A DNA stretch of 64,000 nt from Patescibacteria group bacterium. Lineage in GTDB: Bacteria > Patescibacteriota > Minisyncoccia > Phycocordibacterales > UBA2100. The DNA lies in the NCBI GenBank assembly GCA_038064835.1, contig JBBTSD010000007.1, positions 4,893-68,892 on the forward strand, read 5' to 3'. Below are positions 28,579 through 38,313 of the stretch, piece by piece. How positions within the stretch are numbered: the stretch's first letter is position 1; every line of letters begins with the position of its first letter. Made by a program: the position numbers and the translations under genes. Under the pieces are notes generated by a model. It was given only the letters and a program-made list of their open reading frames with translations, did not search any database and had not been told where the DNA came from.

Positions 28579-29505
28579 ATGCGTATCATTATCACGGGAG
28601 CGCGTGGATTTGCAGGTGCCCATCTGGGAAACGCGCTCACCGCGCGAAATCACACAGTGCTGGGCATTGACGACTTGAGTGCTCCTAGCGGCAACCCAGT
28701 CCGATTCCCCATAAAGATTGGAAAGGCGCGATCTCTCAAGGGAGATCTGTTAAAAGATACCGATGTCTTGATCCATCTTGCCGCGCGCATAAATGTAGAC
28801 GAATCGATTCTTGAGCCCTCGCTCTACTTTACTGAAAATGTAGGCGACACCTTGGAACTACTCGAAACAGTGCGCCGACATGCCCCTCGCATCAAATTCA
28901 TTTACGCATCCACCTCAGAAGTGTATGGATCCGGTGATAACTCGCCCATGTCTGAAGTTCATCCACTTCGACCTGCGTCACCTTATGCAGTGTCTAAACT
29001 CGCAGCAGAGCAACTCTGTGCTAATTATCGCGACATACACGGTCTTGATATGACGATTGCACGAAATTTCAACACATTTGGTGAGTACCAACGAGATGGC
29101 ATGTATGGTGGTGTTATACCTAAATTCGTAAGTCAAGGGCTGGCGAAAAAGCCAATTACCGTTTTTGGCGACGGTACGCAATCCCGCGACTACATGCATG
29201 TCTCTCAAGCCATTAATGGTTACATTATGGCCACAGAGGGTCGCATGCCCGCTCTTTTTAATTGCGGTTCGGGACAGTCACATCGCATCATCGACATAGC
29301 GAAGGCCATAGCAAAGAAATTTCATGTCCCCATCACTCACCACGAGCCACGGCCCAACGAGGTGCAGTACCTTTGTGTCGATTGCCGTCTTGCCCAGAAG
29401 CATGGGTACCCAGTCACAACCGATTTCTGGGCAATGCTTGACAGCTACTGCGACTGGCGAAAAGAGCCGCAGTCATCCCCACATGAATTTGCACATTTGG
29501 CTTAA
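28579..29505 (+). CDS. NAD-dependent nucleotide-sugar epimerase/dehydratase (extended SDR)
   Basis: MRIIITGARGFAGAHLG Rossmann motif; YAVSK catalytic motif; start trimmed to ATG 28579. Confidence 0.8.
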   Translation: MRIIITGARGFAGAHLGNALTARNHTVLGIDDLSAPSGNPVRFPIKIGKARSLKGDLLKDTDVLIHLAARINVDESILEPSLYFTENVGDTLELLETVRRHAPRIKFIYASTSEVYGSGDNSPMSEVHPLRPASPYAVSKLAAEQLCANYRDIHGLDMTIARNFNTFGEYQRDGMYGGVIPKFVSQGLAKKPITVFGDGTQSRDYMHVSQAINGYIMATEGRMPALFNCGSGQSHRIIDIAKAIAKKFHVPITHHEPRPNEVQYLCVDCRLAQKHGYPVTTDFWAMLDSYCDWRKEPQSSPHEFAHLA

Positions 29506-30622
29506 AAAGGTCGCATTTAAGCTGCGTGGTGGTGTATTGACTCTACGCCCACAGGGCCATCGCGTGCGAGGAAATGTCTTACTATCTCACGATACGGTCG
29601 CATTTTTCAGAGACGACTATGATCCACTTAATGGGCACCCAAATTATTGGACTGCCAAACAGTTCGCTCAGATATTTCTAGATTTAGGATATGTCGTAGA
29701 TGTAATCAGGGCCACCAACCGCTCATTTATGCCGAAAAAAAAATATGCCTACATGCTCGATGTTGACGAGAACCTTGGGCGTCTGGCCCCGTTACTCAAC
29801 AAAGAGTGTGTGAAAATTTTCCACATTGCCGCTGCGCATTGGCTTTTCCAGAACACAGCCGAGTACCAACGTTGCCTGGCACTGCAACAGCGCCGTGGAA
29901 TTACCGTATTCCCACGAAGGACTGTGCAGCCGTCGCGATCCATTGAAAACGCGGATATCGGCGCTTACTATGGCAACGAATTTACACGAGGGACATTCGA
30001 GTTTGCCGGGAAAGAACTCTTCCCTATCCCTGTCCCACTAACACACTCCTATCCTTCACCTAAGGATAAAAATTTTGATGCTGCACGGAAAAATTTCTTA
30101 TGGTTCGCAGGAGCTGGAGCCGTGCATAAGGGACTGGATCTCACCCTGGAAGCATTCGCGGCGCTACCTGACCACCACCTTACTATTTGCGGCAAGGTCG
30201 GAGACGCAGATTTTTTAGAGGCATACAAATACGAGCTGGGATTGCCGAACATTATTCGGCACGGGTGGGTTGATATTGACAGCCCTGCGTTTGAAAAAAT
30301 AAGGAGCCAGTCTATCGGTCTCGTCTTTCCGTCATGCTCGGAAGGAGCTGGACAAGGCGGCCTAGTCGCAACGCATGCGGGGCTCATCCCCATCGTTAGC
30401 TACGAAACAGGTATAAGCGTGCATGACTTCGGTATAGTTCTAAGGGAAAATACTGTAAATGCCATCAAGGAGTCTGTGCTGTATGTATCCAGTATGCCTA
30501 CAGACGAGCTCCGGAGGCGGGCTGTAGCCGGATGGGACCACATGCGCATACATCACTCGCGCGACACATTTACAAACGCTTTTCGAGCAATGATGGACAT
30601 GCTTGAGAAAAGGCGCGAATGA
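29483..30622 (+). CDS. GT-B fold glycosyltransferase (GT4-like C-terminal domain)
   Basis: C-terminal FPSCSEGAGQGGLVATHAGLIPI resembles the GT4 E-x7-E region; start at ATG 29483 (earlier part of the track ORF overlaps the upstream gene). Confidence 0.6.
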   Translation: MNLHIWLKKVAFKLRGGVLTLRPQGHRVRGNVLLSHDTVAFFRDDYDPLNGHPNYWTAKQFAQIFLDLGYVVDVIRATNRSFMPKKKYAYMLDVDENLGRLAPLLNKECVKIFHIAAAHWLFQNTAEYQRCLALQQRRGITVFPRRTVQPSRSIENADIGAYYGNEFTRGTFEFAGKELFPIPVPLTHSYPSPKDKNFDAARKNFLWFAGAGAVHKGLDLTLEAFAALPDHHLTICGKVGDADFLEAYKYELGLPNIIRHGWVDIDSPAFEKIRSQSIGLVFPSCSEGAGQGGLVATHAGLIPIVSYETGISVHDFGIVLRENTVNAIKESVLYVSSMPTDELRRRAVAGWDHMRIHHSRDTFTNAFRAMMDMLEKRRE

Positions 30623-30625
30623 CCT

Positions 30626-31483
30626 ATGAACAACCCTCTCATAACTGTCGTCATACCTGTTTGGAACGACGAGGCGTGTATAGCGCGCGCCATCAACTCG
30701 ATGCGCAATCAAACATACAAGAACCTTGAAATTATCGTAGTCGACGATGGGTCGACAGATGGAACAAAAGCCGTGGTTCAAGCCATTGCGAAAGAGGACT
30801 CGCGTGTTCAGTATCATTATCACCGTGACCCGAGAGAAAAGCGCACCAACTGGCGAGGGTATGATATTAATGCCGGGTATGCCGCACGCAACTATGGATT
30901 TAAACTAGCAAAAGGCGAATGGATCACCACACAGGATTCTGATGATGCTTCTCTACTCAACCGCGTAGAAATTCAATATCATCTCGCTGAGAAATATAAG
31001 GCGGCACTTGTGACAATCCAATGGTATCAGCTCACTGAAGCGAACTTATCGAAGGGTCTCGATGTCGAGCGTGTTATTCGCGAAAAAGGTGAGGCTAGCG
31101 TTGTCATAAAACCCGAGACAATTTCGGCGCTTGCAGAAGCAAATCGAGGTATCCTCATGCACGAACCGTTTCATCGATTTATCCCCTTCCCTGTCAAATG
31201 GTTTCCTTACACACGGAAGCTTTTCTATCGACGCACCGATGCCTATCCGGGAGCCGACAACAGCATGATGTTCCACAGGCGCGTACGCGATGAGGGCTTC
31301 TACTTCCGCCATCGCAACGAGCGCACTTGGGGCGTACCCAGTGGACGCGGGAGTGGACGCGACTTTGCATTTCGCGTGGCAGTCCATTTTAAGAACAGTT
31401 GGTCCTTCCGGCTCCCCCTTTACTTGTGGGATGTGAGGACACAGAATGCAGAGTACGCAGACTACGATAAATATCTTGTATGA
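30626..31483 (+). CDS. GT2 glycosyltransferase
   Basis: ITVVIPVWNDE...IVVDDGSTDGT; DSDD DxD motif. Confidence 0.8.
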   Translation: MNNPLITVVIPVWNDEACIARAINSMRNQTYKNLEIIVVDDGSTDGTKAVVQAIAKEDSRVQYHYHRDPREKRTNWRGYDINAGYAARNYGFKLAKGEWITTQDSDDASLLNRVEIQYHLAEKYKAALVTIQWYQLTEANLSKGLDVERVIREKGEASVVIKPETISALAEANRGILMHEPFHRFIPFPVKWFPYTRKLFYRRTDAYPGADNSMMFHRRVRDEGFYFRHRNERTWGVPSGRGSGRDFAFRVAVHFKNSWSFRLPLYLWDVRTQNAEYADYDKYLV

Positions 31484-32376
31484 AGTTCTCTATTGTGACC
31501 CCTTCTTACAACATGGAGACTTGGATCTCCAGAACGATTGAATCCATCGTAACACAGGAGGGTGACTTCGAGCTTGAATACATCTTAGCCGATGGAAATT
31601 CAACCGACCGGACAGTTGCGTTGTTCGAGGAGTATCGAGCGCGCATAGAGCGTAAGGAACTCCCTGTGCGTTGCAGACAAATAACCATGAAAAGTTTTTC
31701 AGAAAAAGATAGCGGAACATTCGATGCAATTAATAAAGGATTCGCCTGCGCAACCGGAGATGTCTATACTTGGGCAGATGCCGACAATACATATACTCCA
31801 GGAGCATTGGAAGCCGTAAGAAAAACATTTGATACTTTTCCTGATATAGCGTGGGTGCATGGAGTTTCAGGTGCAATGAACAACCGCTGGGAGGAAACAG
31901 CTAGTGGCACATGCCGTCTGTATCGAGAAAAATGGCTTCGTGAGGGTGTGTACGGAATGGAATCCTATCCAGTAGCGCAGAATGGATGTTTTTGGAGAGC
32001 CGCCCTTTGGAAAAAGGTTGGCCCTATCCCCACTGAACTTCGAGTGGCGGGTGATTACTGGCTTTGGCAGAGGATGGCAAGACATGCGTCGATGTGGTCG
32101 CTCGATGTAAACCTTGGAACCTTCATGCGCCGACCGGGACAACTCCATACGCAAGGAGGCTACCGCGCGGAGCAATGGAGCGTACGCCCCAAGCGCTCAC
32201 TTGCAGCTTGGCAGGCTCGTATTTTTTTCACCCCTCAATCACGCGCACCAAAATTTTTGCAGCCATTCTTTCTATGGCTGTATTCTGTTCTCTATATACA
32301 CGGCGAGAAACCAGAGTATATTGCATTCGAAAATGGTGTCCCTAAAGTAGTAAGAGCCAGATCATTCATATGCTAG
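31480..32376 (+). CDS. GT2 glycosyltransferase
   Basis: FSIVTPSYNMETWI...ILADGNSTDRT; WADADN DxD-like motif; 4-nt overlap with the upstream GT2 (translational coupling). Confidence 0.75.
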   Translation: MKFSIVTPSYNMETWISRTIESIVTQEGDFELEYILADGNSTDRTVALFEEYRARIERKELPVRCRQITMKSFSEKDSGTFDAINKGFACATGDVYTWADADNTYTPGALEAVRKTFDTFPDIAWVHGVSGAMNNRWEETASGTCRLYREKWLREGVYGMESYPVAQNGCFWRAALWKKVGPIPTELRVAGDYWLWQRMARHASMWSLDVNLGTFMRRPGQLHTQGGYRAEQWSVRPKRSLAAWQARIFFTPQSRAPKFLQPFFLWLYSVLYIHGEKPEYIAFENGVPKVVRARSFIC

Positions 32377-32427
32377 TATATTTCAATTGCACAGGGTACA
32401 TTTTATATCAAATGCTACAATACTGGC

Positions 32428-33249
32428 ATGAAATATCTTATTCTCGGATCGTCAGGGCAGATTGGCTCTGCGCTACTATCTTATCTGCAAGAACAAGGCA
32501 ACACAGTTTCTTCTTTTGATATAGTAGCCTCGCCACAACAGGATCTTCGAATCCCCAACAACCCCTTCCTTAAGGAAGCGTTGCTTGCTACCGACTTTGT
32601 CTTCTTCCTTGCGTTTGATGTTGGTGGTTCTCGATACCTTGCCCAGTACCAACAAACGCCAGATTTCATCGACAATAACATGGCACTCATGTTGCACACA
32701 TTCCGCGCACTGAAGCAGTATGCTAAACCTTTTATATTTGCATCGAGTCAAATGGCTACAATGGACCACTCCTCCTATGGGCGGGCGAAAGCGCTCGGGG
32801 AGAGCTATGCATCAACACTCAATGGAATCATCGTTAAATTTTGGAATGTGTATGGTGTAGAGCATGACGAGCGAAAAGCTCATGTCATTACTGATTTCAT
32901 CAGAAAGGCCCGGGATACGCAGCGCATTGACATGCTCACTGACGGAACCGAAGAACGTCAATTTTTGCATGCATTGGATTGTTCGCGAGCGCTCGAAGCA
33001 TTGGCACGAGTCCACGCGGACATCCCGCGCACCAAAGAGCTTCATATTACGAGTTTTGAATGGACTCGCATTATTGACATTGCAAACCTGGTTGCAGAAC
33101 ACTTTCCCGGAACGATTGTCGCGCCCGCCAATAATACAGATGGAGTACAGAAAGGTATCCGCAACGAGCCGGATCACTTCATACTCAACTACTGGAAACC
33201 AGAAATCGGCATTCGCGATGGTGTTGCTAAGATTGTGAGCGCCTTGTGA
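32428..33249 (+). CDS. short NAD(P)-dependent sugar reductase (RmlD-like SDR)
   Basis: 273 aa; ILGSSGQIGSAL; YGRAK catalytic motif. Confidence 0.65.
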   Translation: MKYLILGSSGQIGSALLSYLQEQGNTVSSFDIVASPQQDLRIPNNPFLKEALLATDFVFFLAFDVGGSRYLAQYQQTPDFIDNNMALMLHTFRALKQYAKPFIFASSQMATMDHSSYGRAKALGESYASTLNGIIVKFWNVYGVEHDERKAHVITDFIRKARDTQRIDMLTDGTEERQFLHALDCSRALEALARVHADIPRTKELHITSFEWTRIIDIANLVAEHFPGTIVAPANNTDGVQKGIRNEPDHFILNYWKPEIGIRDGVAKIVSAL

Positions 33250-33250
33250 T

Positions 33251-33937
33251 ATGCCTCTAAAAAGATTTTTGCGGCGATTTGGCTACGATATCCGCCGGTA
33301 CCATTCTTTGTCTGATACGGTACTCCGGCACCACGATATAAAAACGGTCTTGGATATAGGGGCAAACGACGGGCATTGGTCTGCTGAAATGCGCTTACTT
33401 CTGCCTCGAGCCCAGATCTACGCTTTTGAACCTCTCGCCGATTGCTTTAAACGCACCGACACTACGCTCCATGGCAATTCTCGTGCCAAAGCCTTTCACA
33501 TGGCATTAGGAGCAGAGGATGGATCTACAGAAATTGAACGGAGTTCCTTTCATCCCAGTTCGTCCCTCCGCAGGATGACGCAGTTACATAAAGACCTGTA
33601 CCCGAAAAGTGCCGAGTCAACACGAGAAAAAATTACGATTAGAAAGCTGGATTCAATCATGAAGGATTTAGAACTGACACCAAACATTCTTATAAAAATG
33701 GATGTGCAAGGCTACGAAGATAAAGTGATTGAGGGCGGCAAAGAGACATTTAGGAAAGCAAAGGTAGTGATAACTGAAGCGGCGTTCGACCCGCTTTATG
33801 TGGACCAACCTCTATTTGGGACAATACACGACATGCTTTCGGTACTGGGATTTTCATACCACGGAAACTGTGCGGAACATTTTTCACCAAAGACCGGCAA
33901 ACGACTCTATGAAGACTCAGTGTTCATTCGCGACTAA
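33251..33937 (+). CDS. FkbM-family SAM-dependent methyltransferase
   Basis: VLDIGANDGHWS and YAFEP motifs characteristic of Methyltransf_21/FkbM. Confidence 0.7.
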   Translation: MPLKRFLRRFGYDIRRYHSLSDTVLRHHDIKTVLDIGANDGHWSAEMRLLLPRAQIYAFEPLADCFKRTDTTLHGNSRAKAFHMALGAEDGSTEIERSSFHPSSSLRRMTQLHKDLYPKSAESTREKITIRKLDSIMKDLELTPNILIKMDVQGYEDKVIEGGKETFRKAKVVITEAAFDPLYVDQPLFGTIHDMLSVLGFSYHGNCAEHFSPKTGKRLYEDSVFIRD

Positions 33938-35002
33938 CTCCTTAAAATACTTCGCTAGATTTTCCGTACATTTATCTGCATCGAGGTGACGCTCTGCGTA
34001 TGTGCGCGCCTCTCGTCCAAGCGAGTCGCGAAGTTGCTTATCACTAAGCACCTTTTCTAGGGTACCTCGCATTACGCTCACATCTTTTTCGGAAACCAGG
34101 AACCCAGTTTTTCCGTCTTCAATGTATGAAGCCATGGTATCGGTATGCGACGCAATAATTGCCTTCCCCATGGCCAATGCTTCTTGGACAACGGAGACCC
34201 CCATTGCATCGTTAAGACCACTTGAAGTATCAAGCGGAATTACCACAACTGCAGATTGTGCATACTCATGTCGCAACTCTTCAATCGACAGGCGTTTGTG
34301 AACAACATTTTCAGGCAGGGCACCCATCCCCTGCACACGATGCTCGTATGTCGTGAATCGAACCGTGACTGGCAAACCCTTACATGCGGCAAAAAGAGTC
34401 TTGTAATCGCGATCCGGATCTGTGCCAGGCACAAATATTTGCATTATCTCCGGAACATCCTGAGGCTTAAAAAAATCAATATCAAGGCCGTAAGGAATGA
34501 AAGCAATCTTTTCAGCAAGATGAGGGAACCGAGATTTAAGTTTTTCTGCTTCTCCCAGACTGAGCGTGACAATTCCCCCACAACGAGAAACCAAAAAGCG
34601 GAAAAGTTTTTGCCTAAAGGATTGCTCTTTCCCAAGAAGCCCCATGATACTAAAGTCAAACATGACCCATAACGGCTTTCTGATACCAAGCGTCGCGTGG
34701 ATAAGCTGACTGCCAAACGCCCCGGCTGTGTATACGATGTCGTAAGAAAAAAACCTCAAAAAGAAAGGGATGTGTGCAAAGTAGGATCCGAGGAACCACC
34801 GTCGTAAGAACTTGCACAGCCACCCCGGGAGATACTGTTCGAGTTCTACAAATTCCGCCTCGACACCAAACTTTGGCAAACGCAACATACCCCAGAAACC
34901 GTTGCCCAGATCCTCGCCTCGCCTCACTGCTTCGAGCGTATGCGTCCGCGTACCAGTAAAAAGATAGAGAACGCGCATAGGAGTATTCTGACTTCTATAC
35001 AC
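33917..35002 (-). CDS. GT4 (group 1) glycosyltransferase
   Basis: C-terminal EALAMGKAIIASHTDTMASYIEDGKTGFLV (E-x7-E region). Confidence 0.8.
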   Translation of the reverse strand: MYRSQNTPMRVLYLFTGTRTHTLEAVRRGEDLGNGFWGMLRLPKFGVEAEFVELEQYLPGWLCKFLRRWFLGSYFAHIPFFLRFFSYDIVYTAGAFGSQLIHATLGIRKPLWVMFDFSIMGLLGKEQSFRQKLFRFLVSRCGGIVTLSLGEAEKLKSRFPHLAEKIAFIPYGLDIDFFKPQDVPEIMQIFVPGTDPDRDYKTLFAACKGLPVTVRFTTYEHRVQGMGALPENVVHKRLSIEELRHEYAQSAVVVIPLDTSSGLNDAMGVSVVQEALAMGKAIIASHTDTMASYIEDGKTGFLVSEKDVSVMRGTLEKVLSDKQLRDSLGREARTYAERHLDADKCTENLAKYFKELVANEH

Positions 35003-35040
35003 CCCTTTTGCAATGCTACAAAGTACGGCACTATACAGGC

Positions 35041-35949
35041 ATGCACTACCCGAAAATATCCGTAGTCACCCAATGTTTCAACCGCGAGAAGTACATTGCC
35101 GAGACAATTGAGTCAGTACTTTCCCAGGGCTATCCTAATCTTGAGTACATTGTCATTGATGATGGTTCCACAGACAAAAGCTGGGAAATAATCCAGAAGT
35201 ATAAAGACAAACTCGCTCACTGTGAACGACTGTCTGGTAAACGCACTTCACCTATACAGGCCTACAATTACGGTCTTTCCAAAACAACCGGAGAAATTAT
35301 GGCGACTCTAAATGACAAAAATAAATACATGCCCAAGAGCCTTTTTGCCATTGCAAAAGTATTCTCTACCTACTCTGACATTGAGTGGCTTACCGGTATT
35401 GGCCTTTTACTCAACGAAGAAGGCCTTGTGACAAATGTTCTTCCTGTACGCCGAGACTTTTACGAGCATATGATCAACCTTCCTTGGAACATGCAGCACG
35501 AATCTACTTTCTGGCGCAGGTCACTTTGGGAAAAAGCTGGCAGTAAATTTGACGATGAATTTCCTTGGGCATTTGATTTGGGCTTGTGGCGAAAATTCTT
35601 TTTTGAGGCGAAGCTGTATCATCTAAACACTATCGTTGGTGCGTATCGGAAACTTCCTACCGCACAAAGCTCTGCGCGCAAAGAAGAATTTTTTGAATAT
35701 TGCAACAAAGCACGCGCCGAGATGCGGGCTCGCGCAACAAAAACAGACATTCTTTATACCGAATTGTACCGTTCGCTGCGTCCTTTAAAGCCGATCCTTC
35801 GCAACATCCCTGATTCTATGTGGGCGCGACTCCCCATACTAAAGAAGCTCTCCCATGAAGCCGTGGCATTTCAAAACCTAAATGACAGCACTCTACCGGC
35901 GCTCAAACGCTACAAAAGAAATCCCTTCCGCACTATATTCCCTTGGTGA
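35041..35949 (+). CDS. GT2 glycosyltransferase
   Basis: ISVVTQCFNREKYI...IVIDDGSTDKS; start at ATG 35041. Confidence 0.8.
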   Translation: MHYPKISVVTQCFNREKYIAETIESVLSQGYPNLEYIVIDDGSTDKSWEIIQKYKDKLAHCERLSGKRTSPIQAYNYGLSKTTGEIMATLNDKNKYMPKSLFAIAKVFSTYSDIEWLTGIGLLLNEEGLVTNVLPVRRDFYEHMINLPWNMQHESTFWRRSLWEKAGSKFDDEFPWAFDLGLWRKFFFEAKLYHLNTIVGAYRKLPTAQSSARKEEFFEYCNKARAEMRARATKTDILYTELYRSLRPLKPILRNIPDSMWARLPILKKLSHEAVAFQNLNDSTLPALKRYKRNPFRTIFPW

Positions 35950-35982
35950 AATATTATAGAACAAAAATGGTCTTTTTCAAGG

Positions 35983-36990
35983 ATGCTACAAACATCATTT
36001 TCCCGTAGTATGGCGAAACCTATGAAAAAGGCCTTAGTACTCGGTGGTGGTGGCTTTATCGGAAGCCACATAGTAAAGCGACTTCGTAAAGAAGCCTATT
36101 TCGTCCGAGCTGTTGATCTCAAGCACCCAGAATTTTCCCCGAGCCTCGCAAACGAGATGATTATCGGCGATCTCAGAGACCCTGTTGTTTGCGCCGAAGT
36201 CCTAAACGAGCCTTTTGATCGGGTGTACCAACTCGCGGCAGATATGGGTGGCGCAGGATTCGTTTTCACTGGCGATAACGACGCTGAGATTTTGCACAAT
36301 TCCGCAGCAATCAACTTGAATATCGCACGCCAAGCCTCCCAAGTGGGCGTTGGGACCTTGTTCTATTCTTCTTCTGCCTGTATCTACCCCGAACGCAACC
36401 AAATGGACCCTGAGAACCCAAATTGTGAGGAGTCGTCTGCATACCCAGCAGCGCCGGACAGCGAGTATGGTTGGGAAAAGATATTCAGTGAGCGTATGTA
36501 TGCCGCATTCGCTCGAAACAAAAATTTGAATGTGCGTATTGCCCGATTCCATAACATCTTCGGTCCTGAAGGAACATGGCGAGGTGGCCGCGAAAAATCC
36601 CCTGCGGCAATTTGTCGCAAAGTAGCCGAAGCTCAAGACAGTGGCACGATTGAAATGTGGGGGGACGGCACGCAAACCCGATCGTTCTTGTATATCGACG
36701 AATGTGTCGAAGGTGTCGAGCGACTTATTCAGTCTGATTTTATGGGGCCGGTCAACATTGGTTCCGACGAGATGGTCACATTAAACGATCTGGCGCGGAT
36801 GGTGTGCGCTATTAGCGGGAAGTATGTACATATCAAGCATATTCCAGGACCCCTTGGTGTTCGCGGCCGCAACTCTCACAACAAACTAATTAAGGAGAAG
36901 CTTGGATGGGCGCCCACAAAACCTCTCAAGGACGGCATGGAGAAAACCTATGTATGGATCGAGCAACAAATTCAAAAGGCAACAGCCTAA
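35983..36990 (+). CDS. GDP-mannose 3,5-epimerase homolog (plant-type GME)
   Basis: near-colinear conserved blocks recalled from Arabidopsis GME: LAADMGG.GF, SSACIYPE, RFHNI.GP.GTW.GGREK.PAA.CRK, EMWGDG.QTRSF, IDECVEGV, VNIGSDEMV, HIPGP.GVRGRNS.N.LIKEKLGWAP; alternative starts at 36010 or 36022. Confidence 0.75.
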   Translation: MLQTSFSRSMAKPMKKALVLGGGGFIGSHIVKRLRKEAYFVRAVDLKHPEFSPSLANEMIIGDLRDPVVCAEVLNEPFDRVYQLAADMGGAGFVFTGDNDAEILHNSAAINLNIARQASQVGVGTLFYSSSACIYPERNQMDPENPNCEESSAYPAAPDSEYGWEKIFSERMYAAFARNKNLNVRIARFHNIFGPEGTWRGGREKSPAAICRKVAEAQDSGTIEMWGDGTQTRSFLYIDECVEGVERLIQSDFMGPVNIGSDEMVTLNDLARMVCAISGKYVHIKHIPGPLGVRGRNSHNKLIKEKLGWAPTKPLKDGMEKTYVWIEQQIQKATA

Positions 36991-38309
36991 CCGTATCGGT
37001 GATAGGCTTGGGCAAGCTTGGTAGTTGCTATGCCGCTTTCTGTGCTGGTCGGAGCTTGAATGTCATAGGCACTGACTCTGACTCAAGAAAAGTTGAAGCA
37101 CTCAACGGAGGAACAGCCCCTGTGGAAGAGACTGATTTGCAAACATATATAAAGAAAAACCGCGACCGCTTGCGTGCAGTGCACGGAACACAAGAGGCAA
37201 TCCGAAACTCCTCCGCAACCTTTATCATTGTACCCACACCGAGCCAAAAGAATGGTTCCTTTTCTCTTGCGCCGGCAACTGCAGTGTGCACCGATATTGG
37301 AAATGCGCTCAAAGAAAAGAAGGGGTACCATCTCGTCACCTTGGTCTCCACTGTTCTCCCGGAAGATTGTCGTTCCCACCTCATCCCGGCTATCGAAAAT
37401 GCTTCAGGAAAGCGCTGTGGAGTAGATTTTGGTTTTTGTTATAGCCCCAGCCTTATCGCCATTGGTGATGTCTTAAAGAACCTAGAAAATCCTGACTTTC
37501 TTTTTCTTGGTGCGTTTGATAAGAAGTCCGAGGATACGCTTGCGCATATTTACAGCCAACTCTACCCTTCGGTTGCGCCTGAACGAATGTCTATCGAGAG
37601 CGCCGAGCTGGCAAAGATTGCGCTCAATTCGTTTGTAACAACGAAGATTACATTTGCCAATACACTCGGCATGCTCTGCGAAAAAATTCCGCATGCGAAT
37701 GTCGATCAGATCACGACCGCGCTCGGCAAAGACAAGCGAATCGGTTCGCACTATATAAAAAGTGGCCTTGGTTTTGGTGGGCCATGTTTCCCACGAGACA
37801 ACGCTGCTTTCGCTCAAATGGCAAGTCGTCGTGGCGTAACCACACCACTCGCGCTTGCGACACATGAATTTAACAAAAGTCTCCCAAAACACATTGCTGG
37901 AATCATCGATACCTTCGCAAAACAACATGAAGCAAGGCGTGTCGGTTTCCTTGGGGTGAGCTACAAACCACGCACAACACTGACTGAAGACTCCCAGGCG
38001 CTTTTTATTGCTGAAGAAATAGTGCGCCTAGGCTACAAGATCGCAATATTTGAACCACTCGGCTCGAATGAGGCATCCATGCAGTTTGGCAAGAAAGCTT
38101 TATACCCAGAATCTCTTGAAGACTTGGTAGTGTGGGTTGATGTAATCTTTATCTCAAACAGAGACGAGCGTTTCCGTGAAATCCCCTCTTTATTGAAACG
38201 AAGCGGCGCAAAAAAAGTGATTATCGACCCATGGGGTATGTTCCAGAACAAGGACTTCAACCCGGGTGTTATCTACCACGCACTCGGTCGCTCAAATCCA
38301 TCGCGCTAA
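36954..38309 (+). CDS. UDP-glucose/GDP-mannose dehydrogenase family (full length)
   Basis: VIGLGKLG NAD motif; catalytic GFGGPCFPRDN; about 450 aa with C-terminal nucleotide-sugar-binding domain; start assigned to ATG 36954. Confidence 0.8.
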   Translation: MDRATNSKGNSLTVSVIGLGKLGSCYAAFCAGRSLNVIGTDSDSRKVEALNGGTAPVEETDLQTYIKKNRDRLRAVHGTQEAIRNSSATFIIVPTPSQKNGSFSLAPATAVCTDIGNALKEKKGYHLVTLVSTVLPEDCRSHLIPAIENASGKRCGVDFGFCYSPSLIAIGDVLKNLENPDFLFLGAFDKKSEDTLAHIYSQLYPSVAPERMSIESAELAKIALNSFVTTKITFANTLGMLCEKIPHANVDQITTALGKDKRIGSHYIKSGLGFGGPCFPRDNAAFAQMASRRGVTTPLALATHEFNKSLPKHIAGIIDTFAKQHEARRVGFLGVSYKPRTTLTEDSQALFIAEEIVRLGYKIAIFEPLGSNEASMQFGKKALYPESLEDLVVWVDVIFISNRDERFREIPSLLKRSGAKKVIIDPWGMFQNKDFNPGVIYHALGRSNPSR

Positions 38310-38313
38310 TGCA

